From Octopus sinensis (Eukaryota): a stretch of DNA of 64,000 bases. The position numbers were made by a program, and so were the translations under genes. Positions 14,251 to 28,678 of this stretch are shown piece after piece. Numbering within the stretch: the first letter of the stretch is position 1; every line of letters starts with the position of its first letter. The notes below the pieces were generated by a model that saw only the letters and a list, made by a program, of their open reading frames with translations, searched no databases and was not told where the DNA came from. The stretch spans positions 18,352,001 through 18,416,000 of the forward strand of contig NC_043023.1 in the NCBI RefSeq assembly GCF_006345805.1. The letters are read 5' to 3'.

Positions 14251-15649
14251 AGGTAGCGAAACTTAAATAAATGTCCCCTAGATAGCTCCAATTCACAGAA
14301 ATTGCCACCAACAGCAGCAGAAAAACTTGGCTTTTCCTTTCCTTCCTGGTTCCCTTCCATGATGTTTGCCATATGGAAATTTAATTCTGAAGGCAGATTA
14401 TCCAATCCTGGTGATTTAATCCCCTCACAGCAGATCAGTATTTTTGCCACTTCCTCAGCAGAAAAACTTGGCTTTTCCTTTCCTTCCTGGTTACAAACTT
14501 GTTTACTTTCTTTCATGGCCGGGAAATCCTTCTCTCAGAACTGAAAATCGATATTCCACAACAAATTAAATTCCATATTTACAAATGGCTCCCGAATAAC
14601 AGAAAAATTCTAAGTATTATTGTCAAAATGCCAAAAATTAATTTTTTACCCTGCAATGGGTAAAAAAAACAAAAAAAGCTGTCCAACAAGTTATGCAGCA
14701 ATTAATTTTCTGCCCCGTGGGGCGACAAGTTTCATTAAATCGACGACAACAGTTTGATTCCAAGAAGCGCACAAGCGTAACAATTTCAACATATAATCAA
14801 CAACAAAATTACATTAACCAAATAAACTCATTAAGCCAGAGCAGCCGAAAGCAGAAGGACTCCAGTCTGGAGTAATTTCTTTATTATGATAATATCTTTC
14901 ACATGACGTTACAAATATATAGATGAGCTAAGTGAGTTAATCATTAGAACCTGAATGAATCCCATATACAATTTAAATACAATTTTCTCATATATGCTTC
15001 GCGACATTTGTCTCTTCTCCTGCCCTGTTTTGCTCTTCAGGTGGTACCTGAAGTAGTATAGCAAGCCAGGGCCGAATATGAAGGACCCTGTCTCTATTCC
15101 TTGCATTCTTGTTTTCCATGCATACTCTTTCATTACTGCAATCGTACGCAGAAAACATGCCTCACTTTCCTTTTATAGTCCGGTTGGCGGTACAATCTTT
15201 CTCACAGACTCAGCTGATAGCTGTATTCTTCCCAGGTGCGACAACACGTGTTCTACGTAAATTATCAAGCCCAAAAGCTGCATGCATTGTACAAGAGCGT
15301 GCAGGACAGTTTCTCTGTCCTACCTACACCTTGGGCATGCCAGTGGCACTGATATTCCTTGCCTGGACAATTTATCGCGGACAGGTAACTCATCCCTGTG
15401 ACACTACCAGGTCAGGGATCTTTGGTAATTATCCAAATACCCCGACCTGAAGGTGTTTTGAAACAGTTTGTCTAGCTGGTTCTCATCGAAACCCAGAGCC
15501 TCTTCTAGGACACCATAGCTATTATATTCTACATCCCTTTATAAAATACAGAGGTGGTATTTCCGCTGCCGGCCTTGTCCGGCCTTGCCCGCCCTGTGGA
15601 TTGCCATTCAGTTGTATTCTCTCATTTTATCTAACCGGGTGTAGATTCC

Positions 15650-16600
15650 TCCTAGGCGGCCGGTCGTGGAAAGAATTCCCCTACAAGCGAATTCCACACC
15701 TGGCCACCATCCAGGTAGAGCCAGAGCGGCCTTAGCCTCAGTGTATGTCTGCATATCAATAGCCAGGGCAGCCCTAACCTACACTTTAGCGGTTCTACGG
15801 ATAGCCTCACAAGCGGTTTTCCCTTCCACAAGAAGCGGAAGAGAAGTCGCACCAACTTGCATAGCCACGAATCGGGACAAGGGACAACGGTCAGACGGTA
15901 GGGGATAACAGACGCAATAAACAACTGCAACACCTCCGCCCTCTCTTTCAGAGACAGCGCTTTTCCAGACCAGGTCCGGACTAGGGCCTCCACCCTGTCT
16001 GCCACCTCACTCCAATTCTTCTCCGTCTGGCAGTCTGGACCAAACCAAACTCCAAGCAACTTAACAGGACCATCTATTCAGTGCCCCACGACACTGGACG
16101 TTATAGGCTTGCCACTCCAGGTACCGTGCCGCAAACCGATGTACTTGTCCTTATTAACTTTTGCCCCTGCCACCGCCTTGTATCCTTTGAATGCATCCTG
16201 CTCACAATGTAGCTGAGCTACATTGGACACGGTGATGGTGACGTCATCCGCATATGCAGAAACAGACTTACCACATCCCATTTCATTGGGGATGCCCCCC
16301 AAATTCTCCAACCCTCGCATCAATGGCTCAAGAGTCAATAGATACAGAAGCGGTGACAGGGAGGAACCCTTGCTGAACCGAGCGCTGAATCTCAAATCGT
16401 TCCGACAGGTAACTGTGGATTTGATGCCACCCTAAATGGCCTTGATCCAACCGCGGAAATCCGAGACTAGCCCAGCCGCCTCAAGGACTGCTACCAGCTA
16501 CTGGTGGTCTACCCTATCGAAAGATTTACTTTGGTCTAAATGGACCAATGCCCCACCTTTACCGGATAATTTATCCACCCTTTCTAAGATGTAGTGTAAG
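15650..16600 (-). mobile_element. L1/Tx1-like reverse transcriptase fragment
   Basis: HLDQSKSFDRVDH, GSSLSPLLYLLTLEPL, SAYADDVT, LGVWFGP and FLWKG motifs. Confidence 0.85.
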
Positions 16601-17300
16601 AGATGAAGTTTAGGGATACCGGAGAATAAACTTGATTTGCACTTGAAGTTGGTGATGTAATCGTACACCATGTCTGTGAGTCCTTCTCGGTATAAGTTGA
16701 TTAATGTCCTGAGGTTATTCATTATTTTTGGTTGATTACAATGTTGGACCCCTTGCTAGTATGTCTCATATCCTAATAGGGATAGTACTAAATTTTATAA
16801 TCATTTCTGTTCATTAATACTACCGCGTTGCCCACATCGTCCACCTTGATTGTTATGGTTTTACCTTCTCTTAGTTTGATGAGGTCGTTGCATTCTCTTT
16901 TGTTGAAGTTTGGTCTGTATTTTTGCTTATTGATGAGTTGAAAAGGGAAATTGGTTATGTAGTCACAAAAGCGGTCTAAGGCTTTATTCTTTCCCTTGGT
17001 AGGGGTGTAGTAGCTGTTGTTTCTAGCTAATGATTCGTCATCCATTTGTTTGCCATGATATTCCGCGGCAAGTCTTAATTTCCTACAAAATTCCGAAATA
17101 TCGTCTTTCGTTTCATAGTAATTTGGACGTTGTGGGGTTGGGGTAAATTTAAGTCCTTTGGATAGTATGCTTATTTCGTTAGGTGTAAGGTCTTTGTTTG
17201 AGAGATTGATTATTTTAATTACCTGTGGTTTCTTTTTTTGTCCGTTGCCATCGTGTATCCCTGTTCCTGTATGTAAGTCTAAAAATGGTTGGTGTGGTTA
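16601..17300 (-). mobile_element. Penelope-like element ORF N-terminal / early RT fragment
   Basis: LSKGLKFTPTP, ITIKVDDVGNAVVLMNRNDY (PADKGxxxVxM-like) and FSGIPKLH (FYGLPKIH-like) motifs. Confidence 0.8.
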
Positions 17301-17782
17301 TGTTGAAAAACACTGATTATCTGTCTCCTGTTGTTGTAATTTTTAGAGTGGGTTTGTGGTGCTCTGTTTTGTAGCGTATTTTTGAACCGCGTGTTCCATC
17401 TTAGTGTATCAGGTATATAGTGTTGGTAGTTGTTTATTCTGTAGTGTGTTTGTTGTTTGTTAAGGTTTTATTGTTGGTTCCTAGAGTAGAGGTTCGGTAG
17501 TTGAGTCTTAGTTGGGTTATGTAGATTGTAGTTAATAGAATTGTGTGTTGCATTACTATGGTTCCTGAAATGGTGTGGTAGGTCCCTGTAGGTGTTTTGG
17601 GGTTGATTTAGCTAGTGTGGGGTGCGTTTAAAATGTCTTTCTTTGATAGAGAATACATTTAGATTTCTTGGTGGTTGTTCCGTTCTGTTGGCAAGTGGTT
17701 TTGTTTTGCTTAATTTTATGAAAGGGGTTGTTGGACATGTGTTCAGTTTTGAAGTTCTGTCTGTATGTATGCATGTATGTTA

Positions 17783-18325
17783 TGTCAGGTCACTTTCGAG
17801 TGCTACTGGTAACATGTAATCCAGTAAAACCTGTTGCATGGTCGGGTCGTCGGTGACTAAACCGGCAACCCCACCAAGCTTGCTTGGTGAGGAGGGCGTT
17901 TATTGGACACCCTGCGGGATGAAAAACAAAACCCGTCAAAGGGCGGAGGAACTCTTGAGAGTCAACGGCCATCCAATGAATTTCTTAAGGTTGTATCATG
18001 CGCGGGGACATAGAAATAATCGAACTGAATACCCGATTTCGCGGTTAAACCATTGGGAGTGAAGGACTCCTAGCCTTTGTTAGGGCATCCTCCTAGGAGA
18101 AGGTAACTCAGCTAACTGGGATAACTCCGACATAAAACCTGCGGCTCAGTGGTTACCAATGATGTTGACTTGTTCTTCTTTTCGGATTATGGCTGCTGTT
18201 GCTTAGTGAGTGGGATTCACTCAGTGCACAGCCTTTGCTCACTTAAAACAAAATCTTCTTGCACGATAACAACATTGATTATGCTTCGTGCAATGGTCAT
18301 ACTCGATAACGAGAGGTCAGCCACC
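17783..18325 (+). mobile_element. Short non-autonomous derivative of the RTE LINE at 39757-43940 (5' UTR joined to 3' end)
   Basis: 17783-18135 aligns to the LINE 5' UTR (gtcaggtcac..cgagtgctactggtaacatgtaa...ggagaaggt...ataaaacc). 18290-18325 aligns to the LINE 3' end (gcaatggtc...cgag.gg...gcca.catgtatg). Flanked by TATG repeats. Confidence 0.8.
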
Positions 18326-19422
18326 ATGTATGTATGTATGTATGTATGCATGTATGTTTGTATGTATGTATGTGTGTATGTATGTATGTATGTATGCATG
18401 TATGTATGTATGTATGTTATTATCAAATTTTATATGTAGAGGGTGAGCCGGATTCTAACCTAGATCTAATGTTCCTTCATTGGAATTTCAACATCACAGG
18501 GTACATTTGCATGTATGTACGAGAATATTAGCCGTATTTGAAATTAGTACACGTGCAGATTTGTATATTTGGTTTTGTGTATGTATTCTCATGCATATAT
18601 TTAAATGATAAATTTCTGGAAACATTTAGATTTTAAGAGATCCAGTGGTGACATGGATCTGTAGATTTCGAATCAGCTTTTTCCCTTCTAGTTTTGGGAA
18701 GCCTAATCTCTCGGGATTAGACAGTGTGTTGCATATCCCAGTGCCCCACTAATTACAGATTACAAGTTCAAGTCTATACGTTAACTGATAATATAGGACG
18801 TGTAACTGTAGATTTCTCAAGAGTTCAAGAATTCTTTTTATGATCTTTAGATTTATGTTAACATCCGCTGGTCAGCTCATTTCCACAGCTGTAAACAGAT
18901 TGTCTTCCCTGAGTCAATTCTTCTCTGTCACGTCGATTATGGTCTCATTTTATTGAGGGTTTCACTGGGACATTTAAAAAATACTCCTTATTACTGGCTA
19001 TAGCTTCTACCATATTGTGGGTACTCACTATATATGTATGTATGTATTATGAATCTTTGTGTGTGTGTGTGTGTGTGTGTGTGATTTGTTGAGGCACCAC
19101 ATCACAAAAGCAAAATAATGTTTATCTTTTAGAGAGAAAGCTAGAGAAAGCGAAAGAGAGAGAGTAGTATATAATACTTTGAGAAAGGAAGGGATGTTGT
19201 TTTTTCCATTTGACTTAACATTTAGAACATATTTTAACAATGTTTGGTGTGACTTGTTAACTACAATGTATTGAAATTTTAATGAACAATGGGTGACGCA
19301 ATACTGCAATGTAGTAGTAAGCAATATTATACATACATATGTGTGTATGTGTGCGTGAGTATGTTTGTGTGTGTACATAGATATATACATGTATTACTAT
19401 ACAATATATATATATAATATAT

Positions 19423-19465
<43 letters not shown>

Positions 19466-20014
19466 TTTGTCTACATACAGCTCTTTATATACACATACAC
19501 ACACAGACACACAGGCACCCAGACACACCTATATATATATATATATATATATATTTCTATCTATGCATGCATCTCTGTCTGCATTTGAATGTATGTATGT
19601 GCATATATATATATATATATATATCAATCTTTTGTTTCCGTCAGTAGAATCGGTCAAGATGGCGCACCCCCTTGAATAATATTTAATTGAATGAATGGTA
19701 ATATTAAGGGGTCATAAACACACCTGCGCCGGTGTTTAAGCACACTAAAACACACAAACACACAAACACATACACACACACACCCGCTTATCCGCACATA
19801 TACTGAGATGAGGTATTTCTTTCAGTTCCCGGCTATTGAACTCAAAAAAAAAGGCCCAGGTCGGCCGGAGGATATAGCGGGAAATTCCCGTCCATGTTGC
19901 GACGCAGTGGGACTGAACCCAAAACTATGTGTTTGGTAAACAAGCTTCATACCTGACTGTGGGTATAAGTGTATACGTGAGCATATACATAGATATAATA
20001 TTGATATATATCTC

Positions 20015-20435
20015 TTTCTTTCTCTCTTTTACTTGTTTCAGTCATTTTGACTGCGGCCATGCTGGAGCACCGCCTTTAGTCGAGCAAATCGACCCTGGGA
20101 CTTATCCTTTGTAAGCCCAGTGCTTATTCTATCGGTCTCTTTTGCCGAACCGCTAAGTGACGGGGACGTAAACACACCAGCATCGGTTGTTAAGCAATGC
20201 TAGGGGGTCAAACACAGACACACAAACACACACATACACATATACATATATATAAATATATATACATATATACGACAGGCTTCTTTCAGTTTCCGTCTAC
20301 CAAATCCGCTCACAATGTATTGGTCGGCCCGGGGCTATAGCAGAAGACACTTGCCCAAGATGCCACGCAGTGGGACTGAACCCGAGACCATGTGGTTTGA
20401 TAGCAAGCTACTTACCACACAGCCACTGCTGCGCA
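20015..20435 (-). mobile_element. tRNA-head SINE, full length (a degenerate copy lies at about 19720-19950)
   Basis: Same family. Confidence 0.9.
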
Positions 20436-20464
20436 TATATATGTATATATGTCTGTAATTCCTT

Positions 20465-20940
20465 GGTGATCTAAACGAATAGATACGCTGACAAAGTGCT
20501 ATATTCGATTATCCGTTACGTCCCAATTTCACATCTGAGGCTGGAGCTAGGGATCCGTGTTAGGCGTCTGAGTTAGCTGGTCTATATTAATTAGAAGAAA
20601 AAGCTGGTCTATATTAATTAGAAGAAAAAGGACAACACAAATCAAGGCAGCGAGGGTATCTCAAGTACTTCATCGAAGTGCGAACTTACGTCCCTCCCCT
20701 CTGGAAAAGGATGTGCTGTGAACATTAAACTCCTCTCTGTATTCTTCTATCTACCGATATTCTTCTATTTCCCATTCCATGCCTTTTAACTTGTGAAATT
20801 CCCTGTCTAGAAGTTTCACAATTAGTCGTATAGTCTCTGATGTTGGAATACTCTGTGTACGCACATGCTAGCCTATCACTTGGGATATCCTAGAAACGAC
20901 TGGATGACTTCAAATTAAATATTGTAAATGACATGAGATA
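20465..20940. repeat. Unclassified interspersed repeat, copy 1 of 3 (others at about 26925-27460 and 28765-29250)
   Basis: Shared aaacgaa..g.tacgctg...tccgtta...gctgaggctgga.ctagggatccgt...aaaggacaac motif string. Confidence 0.7.
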
Positions 20941-21202
20941 TTCTTCCCGCCTTCCCTTTAATTAATATACAAATACACACATACACATATATGTATGTGT
21001 ATATATATATGTATATATATATATATATATAAATGTATATATATATATATATATATACATATATGTATACACTCACATGCATGTATATTTATAATATATA
21101 TATACATATGTGTCATCATCAACATCATCATCATCAACGTTCAACGTCCGTTTTCCGTGCTAGCAAATCATATGTATGTGTATATATTTAGAATATATAT
21201 TC

Positions 21203-21242
<40 letters not shown>

Positions 21243-21299
21243 TTGTGTATGTATATATATATAGAGAGAGATCATATTTACATATATATATATATATGT

Positions 21300-22050
21300 A
21301 TGCGAATAACTTAGCATATAAGAGTTGAGAATGAATAATTAGAAGGCTTCACACCAGGGTTGCCAATTTAGCATATTTATGATAGATCTAGTATTATTTT
21401 TTCACCATTTTGCAGAAAGTTTTTGAATTCAGCATTTAGCAGGAAAAATAGTAGATTTAAAATTTTATTTAGAATTTTTCTCTGATCATGACATTATCTC
21501 AATAGGTACCCTTTTTTCATCTTTTTCTTCGTTTTCTACTTTCGTTAATTTATCTTATAGCCAAATTTTAGTAAAAACGGCTATTGTTGAATTTTCTTTT
21601 CACTTTCTTGAAGCTTCAAATGAAAGTTTTTCATAAGGATCTTTATCAAGTTATAAACTTTTCCAGCTCCTCCGCCTCCACCGGTGGTACATACATATTT
21701 CAGAATATTATCTTTAGAAATACGTGGTGTAGATGGCATTGAAGATGTTTTAAAAATTTAATTAGTGAAAACGAAATTAGATATAAAACTTTTACTGGCT
21801 ATAGGAACCAACTAGGCTAGAGTAATGATAGGAATCAACAATGGTGTTTTCCAGAAATTAAAAGAAGTTCCATCATTACTTCTATTTAGAAGGTTATGTC
21901 ATTCTTTACAGTTGGCAGTATCCCACACTTGTACTGAAATTTAGCATAAAATTATGGTTTTGAGTTGGTTAGACTGCTTCAAACACATACGGTATTCAGT
22001 TTCATAGAGTAAAACAATTCACATTGCTGCAGCAATAAGCTTCAGGGTCA
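21300..22050 (+). mobile_element. hAT transposase remnant
   Basis: AIGTN*ARVMIGINNGVFQKLKEVPSLLLFRRLCHSLQLAV matches the hAT GTDNAxVM...CxxHxLQL region. Confidence 0.75.
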
Positions 22051-23040
22051 CTGACTCAAACAAATGAGAGAACAAAATGCTATGATGATGATGTTGATCA
22101 CCATCATCATCATCATCATCATCATCATCGTCGTCGTCGTCGTCGTCGTCATGATTGTAACGTCCCTCAGTTCATAATGCTTGGGTCGAACGGTGTTCAT
22201 TGTTCAGATATTCTACACACGAATCCCTTTCCTCTCGCTAGCCATCGCCTCTTTCCGAGAAAGATACAACATTGTCAAAGATGGACATATTTTTAAACAG
22301 GCAGTTAAAGATGAATCTCATCTCTTGTGTGATGGTGACGCTCGTTTACGACAGTTCTGAGATGAAAAGATGGGGAAAACACAAATAAAAATGCATTCAT
22401 ATACACATAAATATAATAATATAAATATATATGCGTGTACTTTTATATACACACACATTCATACACACCGGAAAAGATGTCCGGCAGAATATGGCTGGAT
22501 GACCACATAAGGGTTTGTACCAAACTTTGGCATTGAAATCTCTACAAATACCCGAATAGGGCGAAACTGCATAGTGACAAAGTGGTCACATTCGTATATA
22601 CACACAGAGATATTCATACACCCACACGATTATGTGTATGAGTTTGTGTTTGTGTGTGAGTAAGTGTAAGGCGGATATTTCTTGGGTGTAACCAGGATGT
22701 TAAGCAGAAAAGTCACTAATTTCATTTGCTCTCAAATGCAATAAAGTTTACAAAGGTTTATATAATGTATGATTTTATACAATTATATAATGCCTACGCA
22801 TATGTATGTACGAACACACACGCACACGCACATATTTGCGAATGTGTGTATGTTTATATGTGTCTATATGTTGGATGGTCACCATATTGATAAAATACAA
22901 AAGATATTCACAATTGTGCAATAAATTACGTCTCAGAATTATCGAAATACCCAAGCATATATTCTATTCAACAACGAGTGTTGCAGTAGGAGTTGAGGCG
23001 TGAATGCAAAAGGATTATATATCATAATCACTGCGACAGC

Positions 23041-23084
<44 letters not shown>

Positions 23085-23086
23085 AC

Positions 23087-23126
<40 letters not shown>

Positions 23127-23187
23127 GTAGGAGTTGAGACGTGAATGCAAAAGGATAATATATTATAACCATTGCGACCGTATATAT

Positions 23188-23245
<58 letters not shown>

Positions 23246-23369
23246 GCATGTATGTATGTATATATGTATTCATGTATGTATGTATGCATGTAGTTATGTA
23301 GGTATGTATGTATGTATTTATACTACGTGTTTCATCTGTAGAAAAATAATCACATATAAACACATACAC

Positions 23370-23400
<31 letters not shown>

Positions 23401-23760
23401 CTAGCTGAAGGTGACCCGCTCTACGCGCGGGTAAGAGTGTGGTTGTTAATTTCTGTTGCTTCCTTTCAGCACGTAAAAAGCACCATCCGAACGTGGCGGA
23501 ATGCAGCGCCGCCTTGACTGGCTTCTGTGCTGGTGGCACGTAAAAATCACCAACCGATCGTGGCCGCTGCCCGCCCCCTTGGCACCTGTGCCGGCGGCAC
23601 GTAAAAGCACCCACTACGCTCACAGAGTGGTTGGCGTTAGGAAGGGCATTCACCCGTAGAAACACTGCCAGATCAGACTGGAGCCTGGTGCAGCCTCCTG
23701 GCTTCCTAGACCCCTGTCAAACTGTCCAACCCGTGCTAGCACATGAAACGGACGTTAAAC

Positions 23761-23790
<30 letters not shown>
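23401..23790 (+). mobile_element. Composite short element: Helitron-like 5' start (ctagctgaaggtgacccg) plus RTE-related SINE-like body ending in (GAT)n
   Basis: Three ggcacgtaaaa(a)gcacc-type subrepeats, gagtggttggcgttaggaagggcat motif and a (GAT)n tail; inserted in (TA)n. Confidence 0.55.
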
Positions 23791-23791
<1 letters not shown>

Positions 23792-24027
23792 CTCCCTCTT
23801 TGTTTCTCTCTCCTTTCTCTCTCACTTTTCCGCTCTCTTACTCTTCCTTTCTCTCGGACTCTCCGTCGCTTTCTCTTACTCTCTATCTTTATCTATATCT
23901 CTCCCATTTATAAACAACAAAAGATCTTGAGTAAGTTGAGAAATAAAATATTTAGAAAGATCAATCATAAATATCAGGCAGTAACAATGGAAAGGTCTGC
24001 TTCAAGGCAGACAGCAAAAGACTATCT

Positions 24028-24479
24028 CTGTCACATTCATACGCTACACATGCCTTTCTCGCTTGTTTTCCATGCTCAGTGTGCCCTTGTAAACACACCT
24101 CATCTCTGTAAGACCCTAGGTCGGTCACGCATACATAGAGAAAGTTGTTTGTCCCTTACAACGTGCCAGCATGCCACACTTTTGTTCCTGCACGACCGAG
24201 GCATATAATAGCTCAAGCACTGGCTGATAGCCTCAGCCTTACCGCATTAATCACTGGGATATTCAATACTGTACACTGTATTTCAGCCTAGCAAGCCCTA
24301 TTGCACTCATGCACCTCTGTTCTGCACGTGTACTCCCTTGTTCTGCAACACGTCTGCGTCAGCTCAATTCTTCTCCCGACTCAAAGCACTTCGGATGTTC
24401 ACATGCGCTGCGTTCATGTTTATGCATAATTTCCCCCTGTTAGACCCCTGTTAGACCCCTGTTGGTCACGTAATTAACA
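24028..24479 (+). mobile_element. Possible solo LTR
   Basis: Starts TGTCAC and ends TAACA; GC-richer than flanks; no clear target-site duplication. Confidence 0.25.
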
Positions 24480-24599
24480 GAGAAAATTGTCTTTCTCGCA
24501 CCCACGTTGCACCCAAAAAGTGTAAAGAAGCAACCAGTTCCCTTTACGTAACTATCAAAAGTAATAAAAAGTTTAATATATATATATACAGATATATAC

Positions 24600-25432
24600 A
24601 CTTTGTATATACTTTGATACTTTGATAGATTTCGGCCATTATTGGCCCAGGCCATGTCTAACTTAATAGCACCACCTGATGAAGTCTTTCAAGTCAGAAT
24701 TTGGGCACTATGGCCCACTCAAGTAGAGAGTTATTGTTTACAGAGACATATCCGGGTGTGGGTGGTTTATCCGGGATTTCTTGAAGGAATCTGTCCAAAG
24801 ACTTCTTGAACCCTATAGGGTCTGTTTCTGTTTTAATGTGTTTTGGTGTAATGTTAAAGAGAGCGGGGCCAATTGAGGTGAAATAATTGTGCCGTATTGT
24901 TGTTATGAGATGAGAGTGCGATTTTTGTTTTGGGTGGATGGCACGGGGCCCAAGCATTGGATGTACCTTAAAGGTGATGCCAACATCATTTGGGCAATGC
25001 TGATGGAATATTTTCCACATCATGCAGATGATGTAGCGCTCACGACGACGTTGGAGAGAATAAAGTTTTAGCTTTTCTAGTTGACCCCAATAGTCGAGGC
25101 CTGTCATGCCATCTATCTTTTTTGTGATTGCCCTTTGGGGTGCTTCAACTTTTATGATACTTTGTTTTGTGTGGGGAGACCACAGTGGACAACAGTATTC
25201 AAGGTGGGGTCGGGCAAAAGTGGAGAAGAGAAGGATAATGGTGTGGATAGCTCTCGACTGGAAAGTTCTGAGAATCCAGGAACACATTCTGCGGGCCATG
25301 TCAACTTTGGTGTTTATATGAGTGGCCCAGCTTATGTTGTTGTCCACAATTACTCCCAAGTCTCTGATGTTGTTGGATGCCACGAGAGTTTCACCTGAAG
25401 GAAGGGAGTATGGGAGTTTCAGGGCATCCTTA
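24600..25432 (-). mobile_element. 5'-truncated CR1/L2-group LINE 3' end
   Basis: Open ORF 24694-25479 with RDLGVIVD, RPHLEYCCPLWSP and LYSLQRRRERY; short (CAAAGTAT)-type repeat tail. Confidence 0.9.
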
Positions 25433-26640
25433 TACATTATATATACATATTTATATATATAACACACACACACACACACATGTATATAAACGCTCGTTGG
25501 TGTGTTCTGTTTGTATTTGGTCGATGGGCGCGTTGACAGGTAGACAATAGAATGCGGTGGCGATGGCGATGGAATATTTGTATCTCTGTATAGAGATACA
25601 TGAGTAAAAATTATGGGAAGCTAACAGATAGAGTGAGTGAAAATGTTCTTACATTAAATAACGGGGGTGGACTAAATGAAGGGGAGTAAGAGAGGGAAAG
25701 GAGGAAATAGCGTGAGTGAAGAAGATGGCCCCTAGAAACCACACCTTTTAAGATAGGGATTTCTAAGGTAGCCCAGTGGCATCGTCACCTCATTCTACAT
25801 GTCCCTGTAAATTTTGGAGCGAATTGGACGTGTCATAGTGGCATTGAAAGCGATCCAAGCGGTAAAAACGCATTTCAGTTTTATATATATATATGTATAT
25901 ATATATACTTGCGTGACACTGAACGTAGCTCGAATATCTGGAAATTTCCCCAAGTCGAATCTTTAGTTTCCCCCACAAGGTGTATATACTTCCGGTACAA
26001 TTGTCATGGGATTAGGATGTTTAAGAAATGAGGTGCAAAACGGATTCTTCAACCCGAACCAATCGACAGGCTCTATAGGGGTAGACCAACAACGAGTTGT
26101 TTGGAGAATATTAGTTTGCCAATCAAGGGAATCCAGCCGGAAAGTGTAATGGCGGTGCCTTCTGATTGGAACATGTGGAGGAGATGACTCTGGACTCTAC
26201 ACACACGACCCTACCAGGAATATTGGACGTAGATTGATAGTTGCATATATACAGGTGTACAAATGTATTTATGTGTGTGTGAGAGTGTGCGTTGTGTAAT
26301 TAAATGAGGCAGCTAGTTAGCAGAGTTTCACCTAAAAGGAAAACATTAAACGTTATTTAATATGACTGACGGTGTTAGGACACCTAAACTGCTAGAAATA
26401 AGAGCTAAATGGCTCCTTTGCTGCTTTCAACGCACATATATACCGATCTACATATATACAGGTTTAGAGATGAAACCGTACGGTATAAAGATGTCAGTAG
26501 TTGTCACTCACTGTCATCTACAGCCGCTGCTGGCATGTATGTATAAAATCATATGTGCTTTGACAGCAGCAACAGAGCCATTTAGCTCTTATTTCTAGCG
26601 GCATATGTATTGTAACACCTTCAGTCATATTGAATGACAC

Positions 26641-26759
<119 letters not shown>

Positions 26760-26796
26760 ACATATATATGTATGTATGTATGTATATATATGTATG

Positions 26797-26883
<87 letters not shown>

Positions 26884-27509
26884 GTGTATACAGAATATTT
26901 ATACAGAATATTCACTAACGGTGTTTAGTTCACTGATGATCTAAACGAACAGGTACGCTGATTAATTGCTATAATTGGTCATCCGTTAGGTACCACGTTC
27001 ATAGCTGAGGCTGGATCTAGGGACCCGTATTAGGCTTCCGATTCAGCAGGTATATATTAGAGGAAAAAGGACAACAAAAACCAAAGCTGGACGAGTATGT
27101 CAGGTCATTTAAAATATTTAATTAGAGCAAGATGAATGTGAAGTAATTAAGCAATTAAATAGTTAAGTATTTAACTATTGGATGCCGTACAGCTGTTTCT
27201 GGGATATCCCAAGTGATTGGCTAGCGTGACCGTACATCAAAGTCAAGGTTAGTACATATGAATGTTCTACACAGGGAATTCACGGTTTATGAGGAATAGA
27301 ATACCAGAGAGAAGAATAAAGAGTAAAACTGTAGGTAGAAGAATACAGATAGTAGTGTAACGTTCACGACTCATCTTCTTGCGGTATGGATGTTGGTTCG
27401 TACTTCCGTGAAGATATAGTCACTTAAGTATAATTCAAGGTAAATCCAGATGGTATTTTGGCAATATATGAGTGTGTATGTATATATGTATGTATGCATG
27501 TATGTATAT

Positions 27510-27621
<112 letters not shown>

Positions 27622-27816
27622 GTATATACATAAATACATATGAATATATGTATATATTTATACATATATACATACATAGGTAGTTAGATAGATACACAGA
27701 TATTGATATATATATATATATATATAAATACATATATACATATATTTATATACGTATATACATAAATACATATGTATATATGTATATATTTATACATTCA
27801 TACATACATAGGTAGG

Positions 27817-27850
<34 letters not shown>

Positions 27851-28602
27851 TATTGATAGACAGATAGATAGATAGATAGATAGATAGACAGATAGATAGG
27901 TAGGTAGATAGATAGATAGATAGATAGGTACATAAATACATACACCCACATATATACATGTATACATATGTTTGTGTAAAGCAGGAGGTTAATTGGGTGT
28001 AAGCAAGATGTAAAGAAATAGTTTGAAAGATTTTACTATTTCGTTTGTTCTCTAATACAATAAAGGTTAGATGCGTGTATGTTATGTATACACAAACTGC
28101 GTCATGGCAAGTACACACGAACACTTAAACATACACACAGATATACATACAAACACTCACACGTACACACATACATACATACATATATACATACATACAT
28201 ACATACATACATACATACATACATACATACATACATACATACATACATACATACATACATACATACATACATACATACATACAGAAATTCGATACATATG
28301 TATGTGTATGTGGGTTGGTCGATGTATTGATAAAATACAAAAGACAGTCGCAATTGCATAAAAGAAAGTTACGTCTCAAAAATATCAAACTTTTAAAGTA
28401 AATCTTTTTTTGAGCAAGAAGAGTTGCGGTGGGAGTTAAGGAGTGAATCTAAAAGGAAGAATAAAATGTATGAATAGCAAAAAATCCCACTCATAACATT
28501 ACAATTTTGGGTTAATAGATTGGGGAAGATTATTTACGTAGTTGTTACGAAGGATAAATATGAAATTCGACAGCACTTCTTAAAAAAATACATGTATACG
28601 CA

Positions 28603-28678
<76 letters not shown>

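Noticed and set aside
14312-14492. About 40-bp direct repeat (cagcagaaaaacttggcttttcctttccttcctggtt) as a regulatory module
   Set aside because: It lies within decayed LINE-derived sequence (KSPGLDNLP motif nearby); a simple local duplication.
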